DNA of 64,000 nucleotides from Veleropilina oligotropha (Eukaryota): NCBI GenBank assembly GCA_048128005.1, contig JBEUKZ010000054.1, positions 682,001 to 746,000 of the forward strand, read 5' to 3'. Shown piece by piece: positions 22,579 to 34,187 of this stretch (position 1 is its first letter; each line of letters starts with the position of its first letter). The notes under the pieces were generated by a model. It saw only the letters and a program-made list of their open reading frames with translations, ran no database searches and was not told where the DNA came from. The position numbers and the translations under genes were made by a program.

Positions 22579-22943
22579 GCAGCATCTACGGGACCCTCCC
22601 CCTACCCCTGCTTGCAGATGAGCCCTCTTCCCCCCCGACCCGGTGGCACTTTGTTCTTAATTGTGGAGAAGCACCCAAGAAGAAGGGACTGGCGAAGAGG
22701 GAGTTCCTTCTTCCCAATAATGGAGGCCAGTTTGGGTTAAACCCAGCCCTCCTAATGATCCACATGACGCCGGTCCAGCCCGCCGGGGGCCCCAAAGCAT
22801 GTTCCATAAGTACGCTTGGCCTGAATTCGGACAGGCTGACCCTCGCCTTCGTCGTCAAGGCCCCGTGGGTTGGCACTCTGTATTTGAACGTTACAATAGA
22901 CAAGGGGAATCAACAGGCTGAACAATACAGCCACGAACAATGA
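22575..22943 (+). CDS. Hypothetical beta-rich protein (A)
   Basis: Conserved with 40984-41348; ATGA overlaps at both ends. Confidence 0.75.
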   Translation: MSSIYGTLPLPLLADEPSSPPTRWHFVLNCGEAPKKKGLAKREFLLPNNGGQFGLNPALLMIHMTPVQPAGGPKACSISTLGLNSDRLTLAFVVKAPWVGTLYLNVTIDKGNQQAEQYSHEQ

Positions 22944-23572
22944 ACAACAAGCCCTCAGCGCCAACGCTGTACCCACAGCTTGGTGGCGATGTGCCTTCGG
23001 AACTGCATGAGGCACAGTCTTTCCGACTACAGAAAGTGAATGAGCTTCAGGGACAATTAGAACGAGAGAGGGACACAAGAGCTGCACTATATAAAAAGTA
23101 CCGACGAGGTGTTAACGTCGTTGACGGTATAGATAACGGACTAGTCGTCGCCACACTTGGTATGGGTAGCGCTGGAATTGGTCTACTTTCCACGATCGTA
23201 GCCGCCCCGGTCGTCCTAGTGCTGGAATTAGCGGCATTAGGGTGTGGGCTCGCCAGTATGGGTGGGAAATATATCAGCCGGCGCCTCGGGGTGAAGGCTA
23301 AGAAACACGACGAGATTCGAGTCCTGGCCGACAGCAAGCTGAATACCATAACCGACCACGTCTCAAAGGCATTATTGGACGGGGTGATGTCTGATGATGA
23401 ATTCCAACTGGTCACAGGGGAGATGGAGAAATACCAAGCCATGAAGGCATCAATCCGGGATAAGAGTAGGAAGGCGCACACCGCGATTTCACAGACCCAA
23501 AGCGAGCTTATTGAGCGTGGTCGTTTAGAGGGTCGCGCAGAGCTGCTGAAAAAAATCGGAGCTGGCGACTAA
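22940..23572 (+). CDS. Membrane/coiled-coil protein with N-terminal PSAP and LYPxL motifs (A)
   Basis: MNNKPSAPTLYPQL, coiled coil, long hydrophobic hairpin; intact in both copies. Confidence 0.85.
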   Translation: MNNKPSAPTLYPQLGGDVPSELHEAQSFRLQKVNELQGQLERERDTRAALYKKYRRGVNVVDGIDNGLVVATLGMGSAGIGLLSTIVAAPVVLVLELAALGCGLASMGGKYISRRLGVKAKKHDEIRVLADSKLNTITDHVSKALLDGVMSDDEFQLVTGEMEKYQAMKASIRDKSRKAHTAISQTQSELIERGRLEGRAELLKKIGAGD

Positions 23573-23654
23573 CTATCCAGGTTGAGCGTAGCCACGACTA
23601 CCCCGCTCCTCCCCCGTATTAAAGCTAGAAATCGACAGTGATATCTGGACAACC

Positions 23655-24086
23655 ATGAAATCCATGAAATCTATGCTACTGTGCATTGTCGCGGTGTGCT
23701 GGCTAGGGGGTGTCTCTACCCAGGCGTCGACACACAACACTGCATTAATTCTGGAACATACGTGGGCAAGGTACCGAAATCATCCCAGGTATAACGCCCG
23801 ATTTGACCCCTTACGTAGAAACTTGCTTCTTCGCCCGGGTAGAGACCCCACCCCTGATGTCTCCCCACCGTCGTGCCACTATTTTATTATCGGAGAAAAT
23901 GACTGTAGCCCTGCCACACCCCGAGATACTGTCACATGTGTCCAGTGTTCGACCCCCTCGTTATGTCCTGGCAAAAATGGGGAGTATTACACCATGCTGT
24001 CTGGCTGCTTCGGTATGTGGAGAAAAGTCGGACACATCTCGCCCTGTAATTGTACTTTAATATCGGGCAACTATATATTCATATAA
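23655..24086 (+). CDS. Secreted Cys-rich protein (A)
   Basis: Signal-peptide-like MKSMLLCIVAVCWLGGVSTQA and an 8-Cys C-terminal domain; homolog at 42066-42488. Confidence 0.8.
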   Translation: MKSMKSMLLCIVAVCWLGGVSTQASTHNTALILEHTWARYRNHPRYNARFDPLRRNLLLRPGRDPTPDVSPPSCHYFIIGENDCSPATPRDTVTCVQCSTPSLCPGKNGEYYTMLSGCFGMWRKVGHISPCNCTLISGNYIFI

Positions 24087-24911
24087 ACCAGCTGCTTAGG
24101 AAATCTCTTGCCTTACAATATGTCACAGCTGTTTATATAAATATTTTCCAGGTCGACGAGAGCGACCTTTGTCCGATTTATGAATGAAATACCTCGCATC
24201 AATAAGTTACTAGTCGAACCTGGTCACGTGTAGTATTAATACAGCCTGCCGGCTGTCCATTGTTGACTATCCAGTACAGCCTCAATTACTTAAAACCATG
24301 AAACAATAGACGCCTAGTGGATTTCTCAGTGGGTAAATATAAACGCTTGGCCTATCAAGCCATGTCTTTACAAGTATCTGGTCGCGCCTACCGTTCCATT
24401 GTTCTCTCACTGCTATCTCAGGCTGGCTGACCTAGATTTTGTCTAACGCATTTCTCATAGCAAAGAAGTCGCAAGCTGTCGTATAGGTATTTAGCTGTTG
24501 GTGAAAAAGAAAAAAAAACCTACTGGCACAGAAAATAAAAATCGGTCCCCAAGATTCCGTTTGGCACAGAAAATAAAAATCGGTCCCCGTGTTTACATGG
24601 TGGACAGTAATCCTGTCGAGTCATTCGTCACGTGGCAATGAGTTTCTAGAATAATCACAGATCGTCAACAAGTTATATATGGGAATGTGGCAATAAACTG
24701 ATCTAGAAGGCTGTAGAAGGCTGGAGGGGGATTAGTGATATGAGTTTCGGCCGAAATGTCCACAGGTAAGTGTTTTAATTTAATTTACTATTCTAAGCTA
24801 CCCTAGTTTGTACACACGGTAACTTTTTGTAATACAATCCCTACCCTGGGGTCTGGAAAGGGTGCTGGGAGCCTCCACGGCGGCCGCCCCGCCCCTAGTC
24901 TAACTCCCTAG

Positions 24912-25150
24912 TCCCCCTCAGTAATACCAGCTCAGTTCTGAACAGGTGCTGGGAGCTTTATTTTTCCATTCTAAAAGGTATGGTCACCCCCCTCGGAACA
25001 GGTGCTGGGAGCCTTATTTTCCCATTATAAAAGGTATGATCACCCCCTGCTGCTGAGTTGAGATCCATATTAATTCTGAAAAGGTGCTGGGAGCCTTAAT
25101 TTCCCTCGCCGCGCCCCCACATAAAAGGTATGGTCACCCCCCCTGCTGCT
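24912..25150 (-). repeat. Right TIR of element A with internal subrepeats
   Basis: Reverse complement of the left end; ggtgctgggagc...aaaaggtatg(g/a)tcacccc unit repeated three times. Confidence 0.92.
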
Positions 25151-25204
25151 GAAGGCAATTCTGTCATTTCATTTTCAAAATAGTACATCCAAATCAAGTT
25201 GGCA

Positions 25205-25534
<330 letters not shown>

Positions 25535-25699
25535 GAAGCCAATTGTGCTTTTGTTCTTTTCCTAAAATATCAAAATGGTTGATATATAGGTGTCAAAATG
25601 AAGAGCTTCCAAAGTTAAATGATATTTCCGGCTTTGTTTCAGTATACTTATATATGTTCCAAGGATTATTGCTAATCACCAAAGCATATATCAACAATG

Positions 25700-27679
25700 T
25701 TAATTGTTTAGTATGCACCATTAAATACCACGAAGGATTCATACACCGCCCCTAAGAAGGATTATGGTCCTTCATATAGGTGAACCGCCAGACACAAATA
25801 GACAATGTCAAATCATTCGGTCCACCGCATTCTTTACATTTTAAGGTTTACCACTAGTCAGCATCGTGAGATGACCATGAACCCCTGGAAAAGTCTAGGT
25901 TCTTCTTTAATTTTCACCAGTTTTGGGCCTCTATGCGATGGTATTTCACTTTTACCATATACAATGTTCCAATTTTCCTTTTCTGCATTTTGTCCCATAG
26001 ACAGTCGTCCCTCAGTTAGCCGTTCCATGACAAATGGTTTAATCTTGTGTATTTCTTTGATGTCTTTGGGCACTTTATATGTCATAACTTCTTTGCTAAT
26101 CAGGTTGAGTACGTCGTCCTATTATTTGTATATCAGGGAAGGGTCTTCGTGCGCATTGAACATCACAGTGAGTTTGGAAACATTTTTCACCATTCGGGAA
26201 ACAATGAACCCTATGAGTTCATGATATTGTGTTCCATTCTCATTGTATTACTACCCTATTATTTCGCAAATTTCGTCTAGTGACTTTGATCACTCTGAGG
26301 AAATATTATTAAGCGAATACTACTTTTGAGTTATTCCTACAATTTCCCTATTGACATTATATGTACTGTTTTTTTGCTCAATTCATGATATGAATATTAT
26401 TGATGACAGCCTCAGCTTTCATCTCCCCAGAAGTTCCTTTCATGAATTATTTCCAGAGTTGCCGGTGCTGCTTAGCTGTTTGTTTCCTTTATTTATATGG
26501 CTGCGATATACCTTTTCCAGAGGAACGTATGACAGTTTCAGGAATGCTTTCTCTTCGGGTTCAGTCATAAAAACCGATACATATTGTATTGAACAATGAA
26601 GGTAGCCCTCAGTGATATGCATATAATTATGCTTGCCAATGGCATTGAACTATGGTTGTTGGTGAGTGCAGTTTAGCTTCCACCCATACCAGGCCTAGTC
26701 GATTCCACTCCACCCCACGTACTCTTCCAGCACTGCTAAAGCCCAAACCATAATATTCAATTGCATAGACCGAAATAGAAACTGCTCCCTGATGTCGCTG
26801 CGTTCCACCAACAGCTTCATAGCCAGGTTATACAACTGAACACCTTTATAACACGAGTTGCTATGCTATGTATAAGATGTGAAAGTCAGTGTAGGGTGAT
26901 CGGATTAACGTAGGAACAAAGGCAACATTGGTCCTGTCACTCCTGTGGTTGATGGATGATAGCAAGAAATTGAGGGCCACCCATGTTATTTGTGCATTTA
27001 AAGCTATAAATGTTTTCTTATTCAGGCCTATGGCCGGTTTCGATGTGCTCAACATGCAATCTCTCATTCGTTCCATTGAATCTAACTTTTTTACGGCTTA
27101 ACATTATGCAGTCAACAGCATTATGCAAAGTTTAACCTTTTAGAGATCAACCACGATCACTTGGTGGCATCATTGGCGACTTGTCAGTAGACACAGAATA
27201 ATGCATAGCTATTGATGTACCGTAAAACATGTTCTTCATACCACAAATGGTTGATCCCAGTAAGTCGATGTTGTCTAATTCAAACCAGACTAACCTGGCA
27301 TATACCAACCACAGTGGCAGACAAATGCATCCCACTAACTGCATTTGCTTCAACACGACATTTGTAGTGCATGTTTCAATTTCCAAGCCTTTGATGTAGG
27401 TGGTGTTCGATCTAGATCTGCAAGTTTACCTGAAAGTGACTTAGATCTTTTATTTTTGTATATTTTTGGAACTTAAGTGAGTTCCAGTGTGCCGTTCCTG
27501 CTTTGGTAACATACAGTACGTAGCTGCCTGTCGGATTTTAAAGCTTTCACCCAATGGTGGTTCACCAAAATATATGCACTTTGAACATCAAGGATCAGTT
27601 GTTTTAGATACATCTTATACCGAGGATTGTCAGGTAGGCGGACCCCAATGGAAATAAGGTTTCGAGCTTTCTTGGGTCA
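25700..27679 (-). mobile_element. Possible heavily decayed L1/Tx1-clade LINE 3' region
   Basis: Minus-strand fragments near 27470-27580 resemble the post-RT FFW...HWV...LPK...G pattern. No intact ORF; boundaries approximate. Confidence 0.35.
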
Positions 27680-27684
27680 TCCTG

Positions 27685-27786
27685 GGGGGGGGGGGACTAG
27701 GGCGTTTCAGACTCAGTTAGGGAGGGGGCCCGGGGGGGGGTCCGGGGCGACCGGTGAGGCTCCCAGCCCTATTTCAGAACTGAGGG
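27685..27786 (+). repeat. Left TIR of element B
   Basis: Reverse complement of 43107-43188, with a small internal insertion. Confidence 0.9.
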
Positions 27787-27990
27787 ACGGCGAGTTTTAC
27801 ACACTCCCTTCTTATCGCCTTTGGTCTTCTTCTTAAAGACCGCCTGTTCACCAACGTCGAGGTCAACAATCAAAACGTCGTAGCCCGATTTCAAGAGGGT
27901 CCTGATGCGTTGGGAACTTTTCGCGCCGCGCAACCTGGGAACGGCTTTCTGCGGCATGTTGCTTTCAAGTATAACTACAGCGTCTAACAC
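27769..27990 (-). CDS. Small basic hypothetical protein (B); GTG where A has ATG
   Basis: Homolog of 9655-9878. Confidence 0.5.
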   Translation of the reverse strand: MLDAVVILESNMPQKAVPRLRGAKSSQRIRTLLKSGYDVLIVDLDVGEQAVFKKKTKGDKKGVCKTRRPSVLK

Positions 27991-28135
27991 GACCAGCTAT
28001 TTCGCGCCGATATAGTAGCATGTAGTAAGAGCCCGTAGGGACGGCCCACAACCCTCGCCGTGCACTGGGCTCGATATCTTCATGTCATACTCTCTATTGG
28101 AGACTGGTATGTACGATGATATACGCTTATACGCC

Positions 28136-28417
28136 ATGTGGGGAACGAATCTATGCCCTTGGTTGCCAGTTAATACCGTTGAGGTTTGTGGTCGTACCTG
28201 CGTCAACGAATTTTGCAAGACACATAGACAGAAAATTCGGATGGGAAGAACATCACCCCTGCCATGTAGGGTATGTGGTGTCGGTACGAAATCGGCCGTT
28301 CTGTTGTGTATACCATGTGGAGGTCATCGCGGCGCCCAGGCTCTCATAAACACTGAAAAAAGAGCCCGCCGTCTCTACGGCAAAGTATTGTGTGAGTTGC
28401 GGTCGCGCGCGACTTAA
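28136..28417 (+). CDS. Small putative zinc-finger protein (B)
   Basis: Same Cys/His spacing as 9992-10267. Upstream in-frame ATGs (28082, 28109) are possible starts. Confidence 0.7.
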   Translation: MWGTNLCPWLPVNTVEVCGRTCVNEFCKTHRQKIRMGRTSPLPCRVCGVGTKSAVLLCIPCGGHRGAQALINTEKRARRLYGKVLCELRSRAT

Positions 28418-28459
28418 AAAGTTTCCATTTAGAGCCTGGTATCTCCATATCATGTCACG

Positions 28460-31400
28460 ATGGTACGTGCCTCCCTCAGAGAACTACGCAATTTAGCGAT
28501 AGATTACGGGCTTCCCGATCGGTCGAAGCTCAAGAGGAACGACCTCATCAGGGCAATCGCCGGGGTCCGTGCTGCCGAGTTTCGGAGGAGACTCGAGCGG
28601 GCGATGAAGACGGGAAGATTCCCCTCCATCCGTGGAGATGTGGAGAACCCCCACAAACGAGGCCGTCGTGCTCGCGAATTGCGGCAGCTTAAGGACGAGG
28701 TCGAGGTGGCCTTCAAGGTCCTTAAATACGAAACCCAGGCTGAGAAGACGCCCGGGATACGACAGAAGCCACTTCGTCACATCACCGATCGAATCATCAA
28801 GCCACACCTGCACGGTCTGACTAGGTCTCGGAAAGAGACCCTTGCTCGGGCAATAGCTGGGGTCCGTCCCGATCTTCTGAGAGATCACTTGACCTCGGAT
28901 GCGTATTATTCCCTTCTCGTTGACGGTGTCGCAGTCCTGTACCCCGATGGGGCTTATATTAAGACGGGCGCCGACGTCGTCCGTAAAGAGATTACCGAGG
29001 CTGTTGATGGTCGTAGATTCGACTTCCAGGCTGTTGTACGGGGGCCTGACATCACAGACGAAGGCGCGGTGTATTGGGTCTCGTGCGAGAAGAGGGATCT
29101 TCGGGTGACGCTGGGCATGGCCTCGGAGGTGTTGGAACTTCTAGACCCCGACACACAGTACAAGCTGTTCACGGTAGTGGGGAAATCGGCCAAGGAGCCT
29201 CTTGCCCAAGTGACAGAGGAGGTGGGTGTCTCTGAGCAGCGCATTAAGGGGCAGGGGGTGGTTCGCGGAGACCAGGTCAGCGCCGGAGCTCTTCACGGCA
29301 TCGACCAGGCGGCATGGGAAAAGGGACGAGAGTATCTCGTCTACGTTCGGTACGAGCTGCGTCCGCTTCCGGAGCAAAAAGGAGAACCGGGGCCAATGCT
29401 AGCCCCTCAAGAAGACGGAGAGTTTGTAAACTGCTTCGTTCGCTGTGTGGTGGACCACTTCCAGAACAACATGACGAAATCTGGAGATGGGTTAACCCGG
29501 AGCCGCAGACAGGTTCTTGAGCTGTTCGACCGGAAGCTTGCAGACCAGGGCTGCACACGCGAGGATATGTTCTCCCTTGAAGCGGCTCTCAAAGTCAAGC
29601 TTGTTGCCGTCGACGCGTTAGGCCACACTTTATGGGATAGCGGCAAACACAAGAGCCGTCCCAAGATTCGGATACCGTGCCATAACAACCACGCATGGGC
29701 AAGCATCCCGATAGATCCACCCAAGATCTTACAGGTGTACAGTCTCGACGACATCGCAGAACAGGCCCTTGCGTCTGTGGCCCAGAAGACCACTGCGGCC
29801 CCAAAGACCACTACGGCCCAGAAGACCTTGGACCAAATTACCAGAGAGGTTCTGATCGCATTTGCCTCCAGGCCCATCCCATCGACGGTCCGGGTCTGGG
29901 TATGTGGACAGGCTCTCGTGGGTAGCGATGGTTCCCTGTGGAGGTCGAGGGCTGAGGGTATGGCTATTGACCACGCTTTCGAGGACGAGACGCACTGGCA
30001 TCCTTCCGAGATCCCCGAAGAACTTAAGCAGCTCGAAGAGGAATACCACCGAGCGACCCACTCCATGGGTGGCGCCACGTCTTACCGGTTCCAGAAGTGG
30101 TTGGCCCGCGAGGAGATCAAGCCAACACCAGAAAGCCACCTGGACACCTGGAGAGCGGCTCAGGTTGAGGCCAAGGTCTGGAATTCTGACGACGAGGCCG
30201 CCGGGGGCACCCGTGTTCATTATCATCTCAACATGCGCGCAGCATACCTTGGCTGCGAAGACTCCCTCTGTGGCGGGGTCGGAGAATCCATAGATCTAGT
30301 GCGCCAGTATGGGTTCCCGACGAGTATGATGCGTCGTGCGAACGTCGAGGGTGTGCCCATGAGCGACGTCCTCTCCCTGACAGGAGCGGTGCAGCTCGCT
30401 GCGTGGCAATTCAGCCCAGAGACGCACCCCTATACCGTAGGTCGCGTAGGCGAGCACCTACGGGAGAAGCAGGGCTGGATCACTACCCCCGAGCTTGCAG
30501 ACTTGATTGACTCTGGTGATCTGGTGGAGGTCACAGCGCGCGAGGTGGTATACAGCGTCGGCACGAAGGCCGCTATCAAATTCCCATTACGAGACCTGGC
30601 CGTGCGCTTCGTTGGCAAGTGTGCTCGCCACGGTGATGAGTCGAGCATCCTAGTCCGCGATCCAAACGAGGCCGCCTACTTGGCCAATGTTCTCGGCGGC
30701 ACTGACCGTCTCCTGAACTTCGAGAAGGCCAGCAATGTCCACCTCATTCAGTACAAGGACGGAAGACGGCGGACGCAGTGGTTGCACATCCGAGCCTTCG
30801 TACTCGCATACACGAACATCGCCCTCCGCCGCATGCTACGAAGGTTCCCACGAGAGGATGTCCTTCGTGTCTGCACCGACGCCATATACGTCAAGAGCCT
30901 GCCAGAATCAGTCGAACGTATGCTGGTCCCAGACCAGCCTAGGTATGGGCAGTGGCGACACAAATCCCCGGGTTACGAGTGGCGCCCAGAGGCTGCTGCT
31001 TGGATGATAGAGCATGCTGGTCGTCTCGACTTGCCCCCCGGGAAGGCCAGCCCGTTCCCTTCCGATATCAGCGCGGCCACCTCGCGACGTTTATACCTCG
31101 CAGGTCAAGGCGGGAGTGGAAAAACCGAGTGGGCCGTTCAGACGTTTCGTGGTCGGAAGCTGGTCGTGCTCACCCCTGAAAACGACATCGCCCAGGAACA
31201 CCGCAACAACCCGAGACTTGGTCTCGAGAATGTACAGGTCCAGACGCTCCACCACTACCTATGTCTACCCGTCGGCAAGCCGATCGAGGATTGGGACCCG
31301 GCTGCCCTGGGACACCGACTCGACAATCTAGCCGAGGTTGTCGTCATCGACGAGTGCTGCAAGATTCCCACGAAGACCCTGATGACCGTCCTCGATTATC

Positions 31401-32480
31401 TCGCCTGCCGGACGTGTCAAATCATCTGCGTCGGGGATATGGGGCAGATCCCGCCATGGGGCGATAAAGAAGGCCCTCACCACATGTTAGCAGACTGGGC
31501 CTCGTCCCAGAACCTGCGGTGGTTTGACACTGACTATAGGTGCCTGTGCGAGGCGTGTGGCGAGCCGTGGTCCTGCTATCGCTGTCAGAATGGGCCAACG
31601 TCGGCTTTGCACGACGTCAAGGCGCGAATGTGGTGCGCTAACGACCAGCAACAGCTCCACGTCTTCAGAGATAAGTTGGCCGCAACGCCGTTCGTAGAAG
31701 CTGTAGAGCGCACCAAGCCCGATGACATCTGGATCTGCTCCACGAACGCTCTAGGAGTGCAGGTCCAGACCCAGCTGCTCCGGCAGCACAGCAGGATACA
31801 CCCCCGGCTTCCTGCTAATATTCGATTCGACCCAGACGATAGCATCTTGTACCGGTACCGCAAGCAGGGTCGGCCCATACAGATACCAGGTAGTCGAGAA
31901 ATCGTGCCGGCCTATCGAGGGACCATCGTCAAAGTCCCCTTTGGACTAGTCGAGAAAGGGCTACCGCTTGAGTGTAAATATGCGGGGTGGGGGACGGTGC
32001 ATAGGGTGCAAGGGAAGACCATCCAACCGCCCAGGCGCCTATACATCGTCGACCACGGTCTGAGTGGTTGGGTGAGCAACGCCGTATACACCGCAGTGAG
32101 CCGGGCCCGGTTGATGGATCAGATTGTACGGGTTCTGCCGCCTGACGATGCTCCGGGTGATATAACTCCCACCGATCAGCAGGCCACACCTTCGCGAGAG
32201 CTCATCGCCGCAAGACTCAAGTTACGTGGTTGAGGATCACCAAAAGCAACGGCCCCACTACATGGGAGCACACCATACGCTCACCGTCAATCACGTGCTC
32301 GACATGATCGACGCCGCAGAAAAGAAGTGTGTGGTCTGCCATAGTGCTCTCCTTCTCCAGGGCTACACGAAATGCCACGGGCAGACGTTCAGCATCGACC
32401 GCCTGGATGACAGTCAGGGTCACTACAGGTGGAACATCCGGTTGACATGCACTAGGCAGGTCTCAGCTGCGACCGTGTAA
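28460..32480 (+). pseudogene. Replicase fusion PolB-like + SF1 helicase + HNH (B), frameshift before the HNH domain
   Basis: Motif A HLNMRAAY (N at 30230 in place of D), motif C VCTDAIY, GQGGSGKT, VVIDE, GDMGQIPP, TVHRVQGKT, YTAVSRAR. Stop at 32233; HNH part (CVVC...FSIDRLDD..GH...NIRLTC) continues in another frame and lacks the final CN. Confidence 0.82.
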
Positions 32481-33432
32481 ACCCATGTTTTGAGAATGGC
32501 GTGTAGTAGAGCGCGGGTTGGTGGGGTTCCGATACGCGACGGCGAATCGGGTAGGGCTTATGTGTCCACCATGGATCCGTTGCACGACGGCGCCCGGTAT
32601 CTTTCGGGTCTTCTTCGTTTGTGGTGAGGTAAACCATCATGCCGATCGGTAACAGCGTTTCCTGTGGGGTGGGGGGCGGTTTGGACGCCACTAGCGGAAC
32701 CTGCGACATGTTGGCTGCCTTCGCTGGAGGAAGACCGGTTAGTCGTGTTGGCGTCGCATTCATATCTGCTACTACAGCTGGAAGAACGGACACCCACTGG
32801 CGGTTGTCCCGGCCGCTGTTGAGCTCTTCATGCGCTTGCTTCCTGAAGAGTCGTTCAGCGAGCCGGCGGTTGAATGACTCAACAAATGCCTGCGATCGGT
32901 GATGACCCGGCTCTGCGCGTCGTATATCAACTCCGTGCTTCCCTAGAAGAGTGGATACTTCCCCCTTGAATTCGTGCCCATCATCCACCATTAGCGTTTT
33001 TGGCCAGGATAAGCGGGACGGGTTGGTCTTGTAGATGTCAGCAAACGCCTTAGCTACCTCGCTGGCCGATTTCGATGTTAGTGGTCTGGCCGCCTTGTAG
33101 CGAGAGGCCACGTCGACCAAGGTCAACGCATACTTGTACGTTTTACGGCCGACCTTGTCATGTGGGAGGTAGAGAAGATCAGCCTGGTGGATCACACCGG
33201 GCCTGTCCTCTGTGAAACGGGCAAATACCTCTCTAGGGGGTTTCGTCTGCATGTACCGACCAACCTCCTGTGTCGAGAGCCACGCCCGGATTCTTTTTAT
33301 TGAGGCTGCGCCTTTTGGAAGCCTTGAGTGCAGAGCTGAGACGCCCTGGAACCCCCCATCTGCGTAGTAGTACTTGCGGAGGGTTTCGTCGAGTTCTTTA
33401 GCCGTCAAGGGCTTCTGTCTCTTCGCTGACAT
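32452..33432 (-). CDS. Retroviral-like (rve) DDE integrase (B)
   Basis: HQADL, LTLVDVASR, MVDDGHEF, VESFNRRL, RRRATDP.W. Confidence 0.92.
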   Translation of the reverse strand: MSAKRQKPLTAKELDETLRKYYYADGGFQGVSALHSRLPKGAASIKRIRAWLSTQEVGRYMQTKPPREVFARFTEDRPGVIHQADLLYLPHDKVGRKTYKYALTLVDVASRYKAARPLTSKSASEVAKAFADIYKTNPSRLSWPKTLMVDDGHEFKGEVSTLLGKHGVDIRRAEPGHHRSQAFVESFNRRLAERLFRKQAHEELNSGRDNRQWVSVLPAVVADMNATPTRLTGLPPAKAANMSQVPLVASKPPPTPQETLLPIGMMVYLTTNEEDPKDTGRRRATDPWWTHKPYPIRRRVSEPHQPALYYTPFSKHGFTRSQLRPA

Positions 33433-33691
33433 CGAGACCAGCAATGTATTCCAGCAACGTGATCAGTCTCCAACAGGCTTCAGCGGCCGGCTCCGGAAGC
33501 TGCCCAGTCATCGCCCGTAGGTTGGTCGGGCCCGAGAGCACCATGACCGCGAACCGCACCATAGTCTTTTCGTTGCGCCGCCAGTAGTCGAGTGACGTAG
33601 TACCAAGGGGTGGGCCAGGGATTTTGTGCCGCTCGAAGGCATAGCCCACCTCTTGCATAGCGGAGTACAGCTCTTCTGGGGAGGCCCCCAT
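33398..33691 (-). CDS. Hypothetical protein (B)
   Basis: Homolog of 15145-15381. Confidence 0.65.
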   Translation of the reverse strand: MGASPEELYSAMQEVGYAFERHKIPGPPLGTTSLDYWRRNEKTMVRFAVMVLSGPTNLRAMTGQLPEPAAEACWRLITLLEYIAGLDVSEETEALDG

Positions 33692-33731
33692 TAGTATACA
33701 TGTCCACGAAAAAAATGTCCACTGGAAATAA

Positions 33732-34166
33732 TTAGGGTAGAAGCTTGTAGGCTACCAACCCGGTCGCAGCCATCCCAAGGATGACGAAAGTGATCTCACG
33801 TCCCTTCTGGTCATCGCTCGGCGTGTAGTAGTTGGACAGGGCGGGCTCAGGGCCACCACCTAGGGCGGCGGGGTCAAGGTTCTTGCCGGTGATTAAGGCA
33901 TACTCACGGATCGCAGCATCAACATCCCGGAATGTGCCAACGGCATGACCCTGGCGGCGAAGTTCAACGTTAAGCCAATCGAGACGCTCTGCCCGCTGGT
34001 GGGACCATTTAGTCTGAGCGGCCTGGAGCTGCTCTACGGCTTTGTCGTGACGTTTACGCTCCTCATCAACACCGGAGCTGCGAAGCTTCGAGAACAGGAA
34101 GTTGGACCCGCTGAAGGCAAGGGCGTTAACGAGAGCGCCCCCAACCAGCATCGCTATGGAGGCCAT
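33732..34166 (-). CDS. Predicted membrane protein with coiled coil (B)
   Basis: Homolog of 15408-15836. Confidence 0.8.
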   Translation of the reverse strand: MASIAMLVGGALVNALAFSGSNFLFSKLRSSGVDEERKRHDKAVEQLQAAQTKWSHQRAERLDWLNVELRRQGHAVGTFRDVDAAIREYALITGKNLDPAALGGGPEPALSNYYTPSDDQKGREITFVILGMAATGLVAYKLLP

Positions 34167-34187
34167 TGTAATGCAGGTACTTCGTCG

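Larger units (their letters stand above)
9235..25150 (+). mobile_element. Endogenous Polinton-like virus / Maverick-related element A (15.9 kb)
   Basis: Starts AGCAGCAG and ends CTGCTGCT; TIRs; 5-bp direct repeat GAAGG at 9230-9234 and 25151-25155; encodes integrase, ATPase, capsid-like proteins and a PolB-helicase fusion; visibly more GC-rich than the flanks. Confidence 0.93.
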
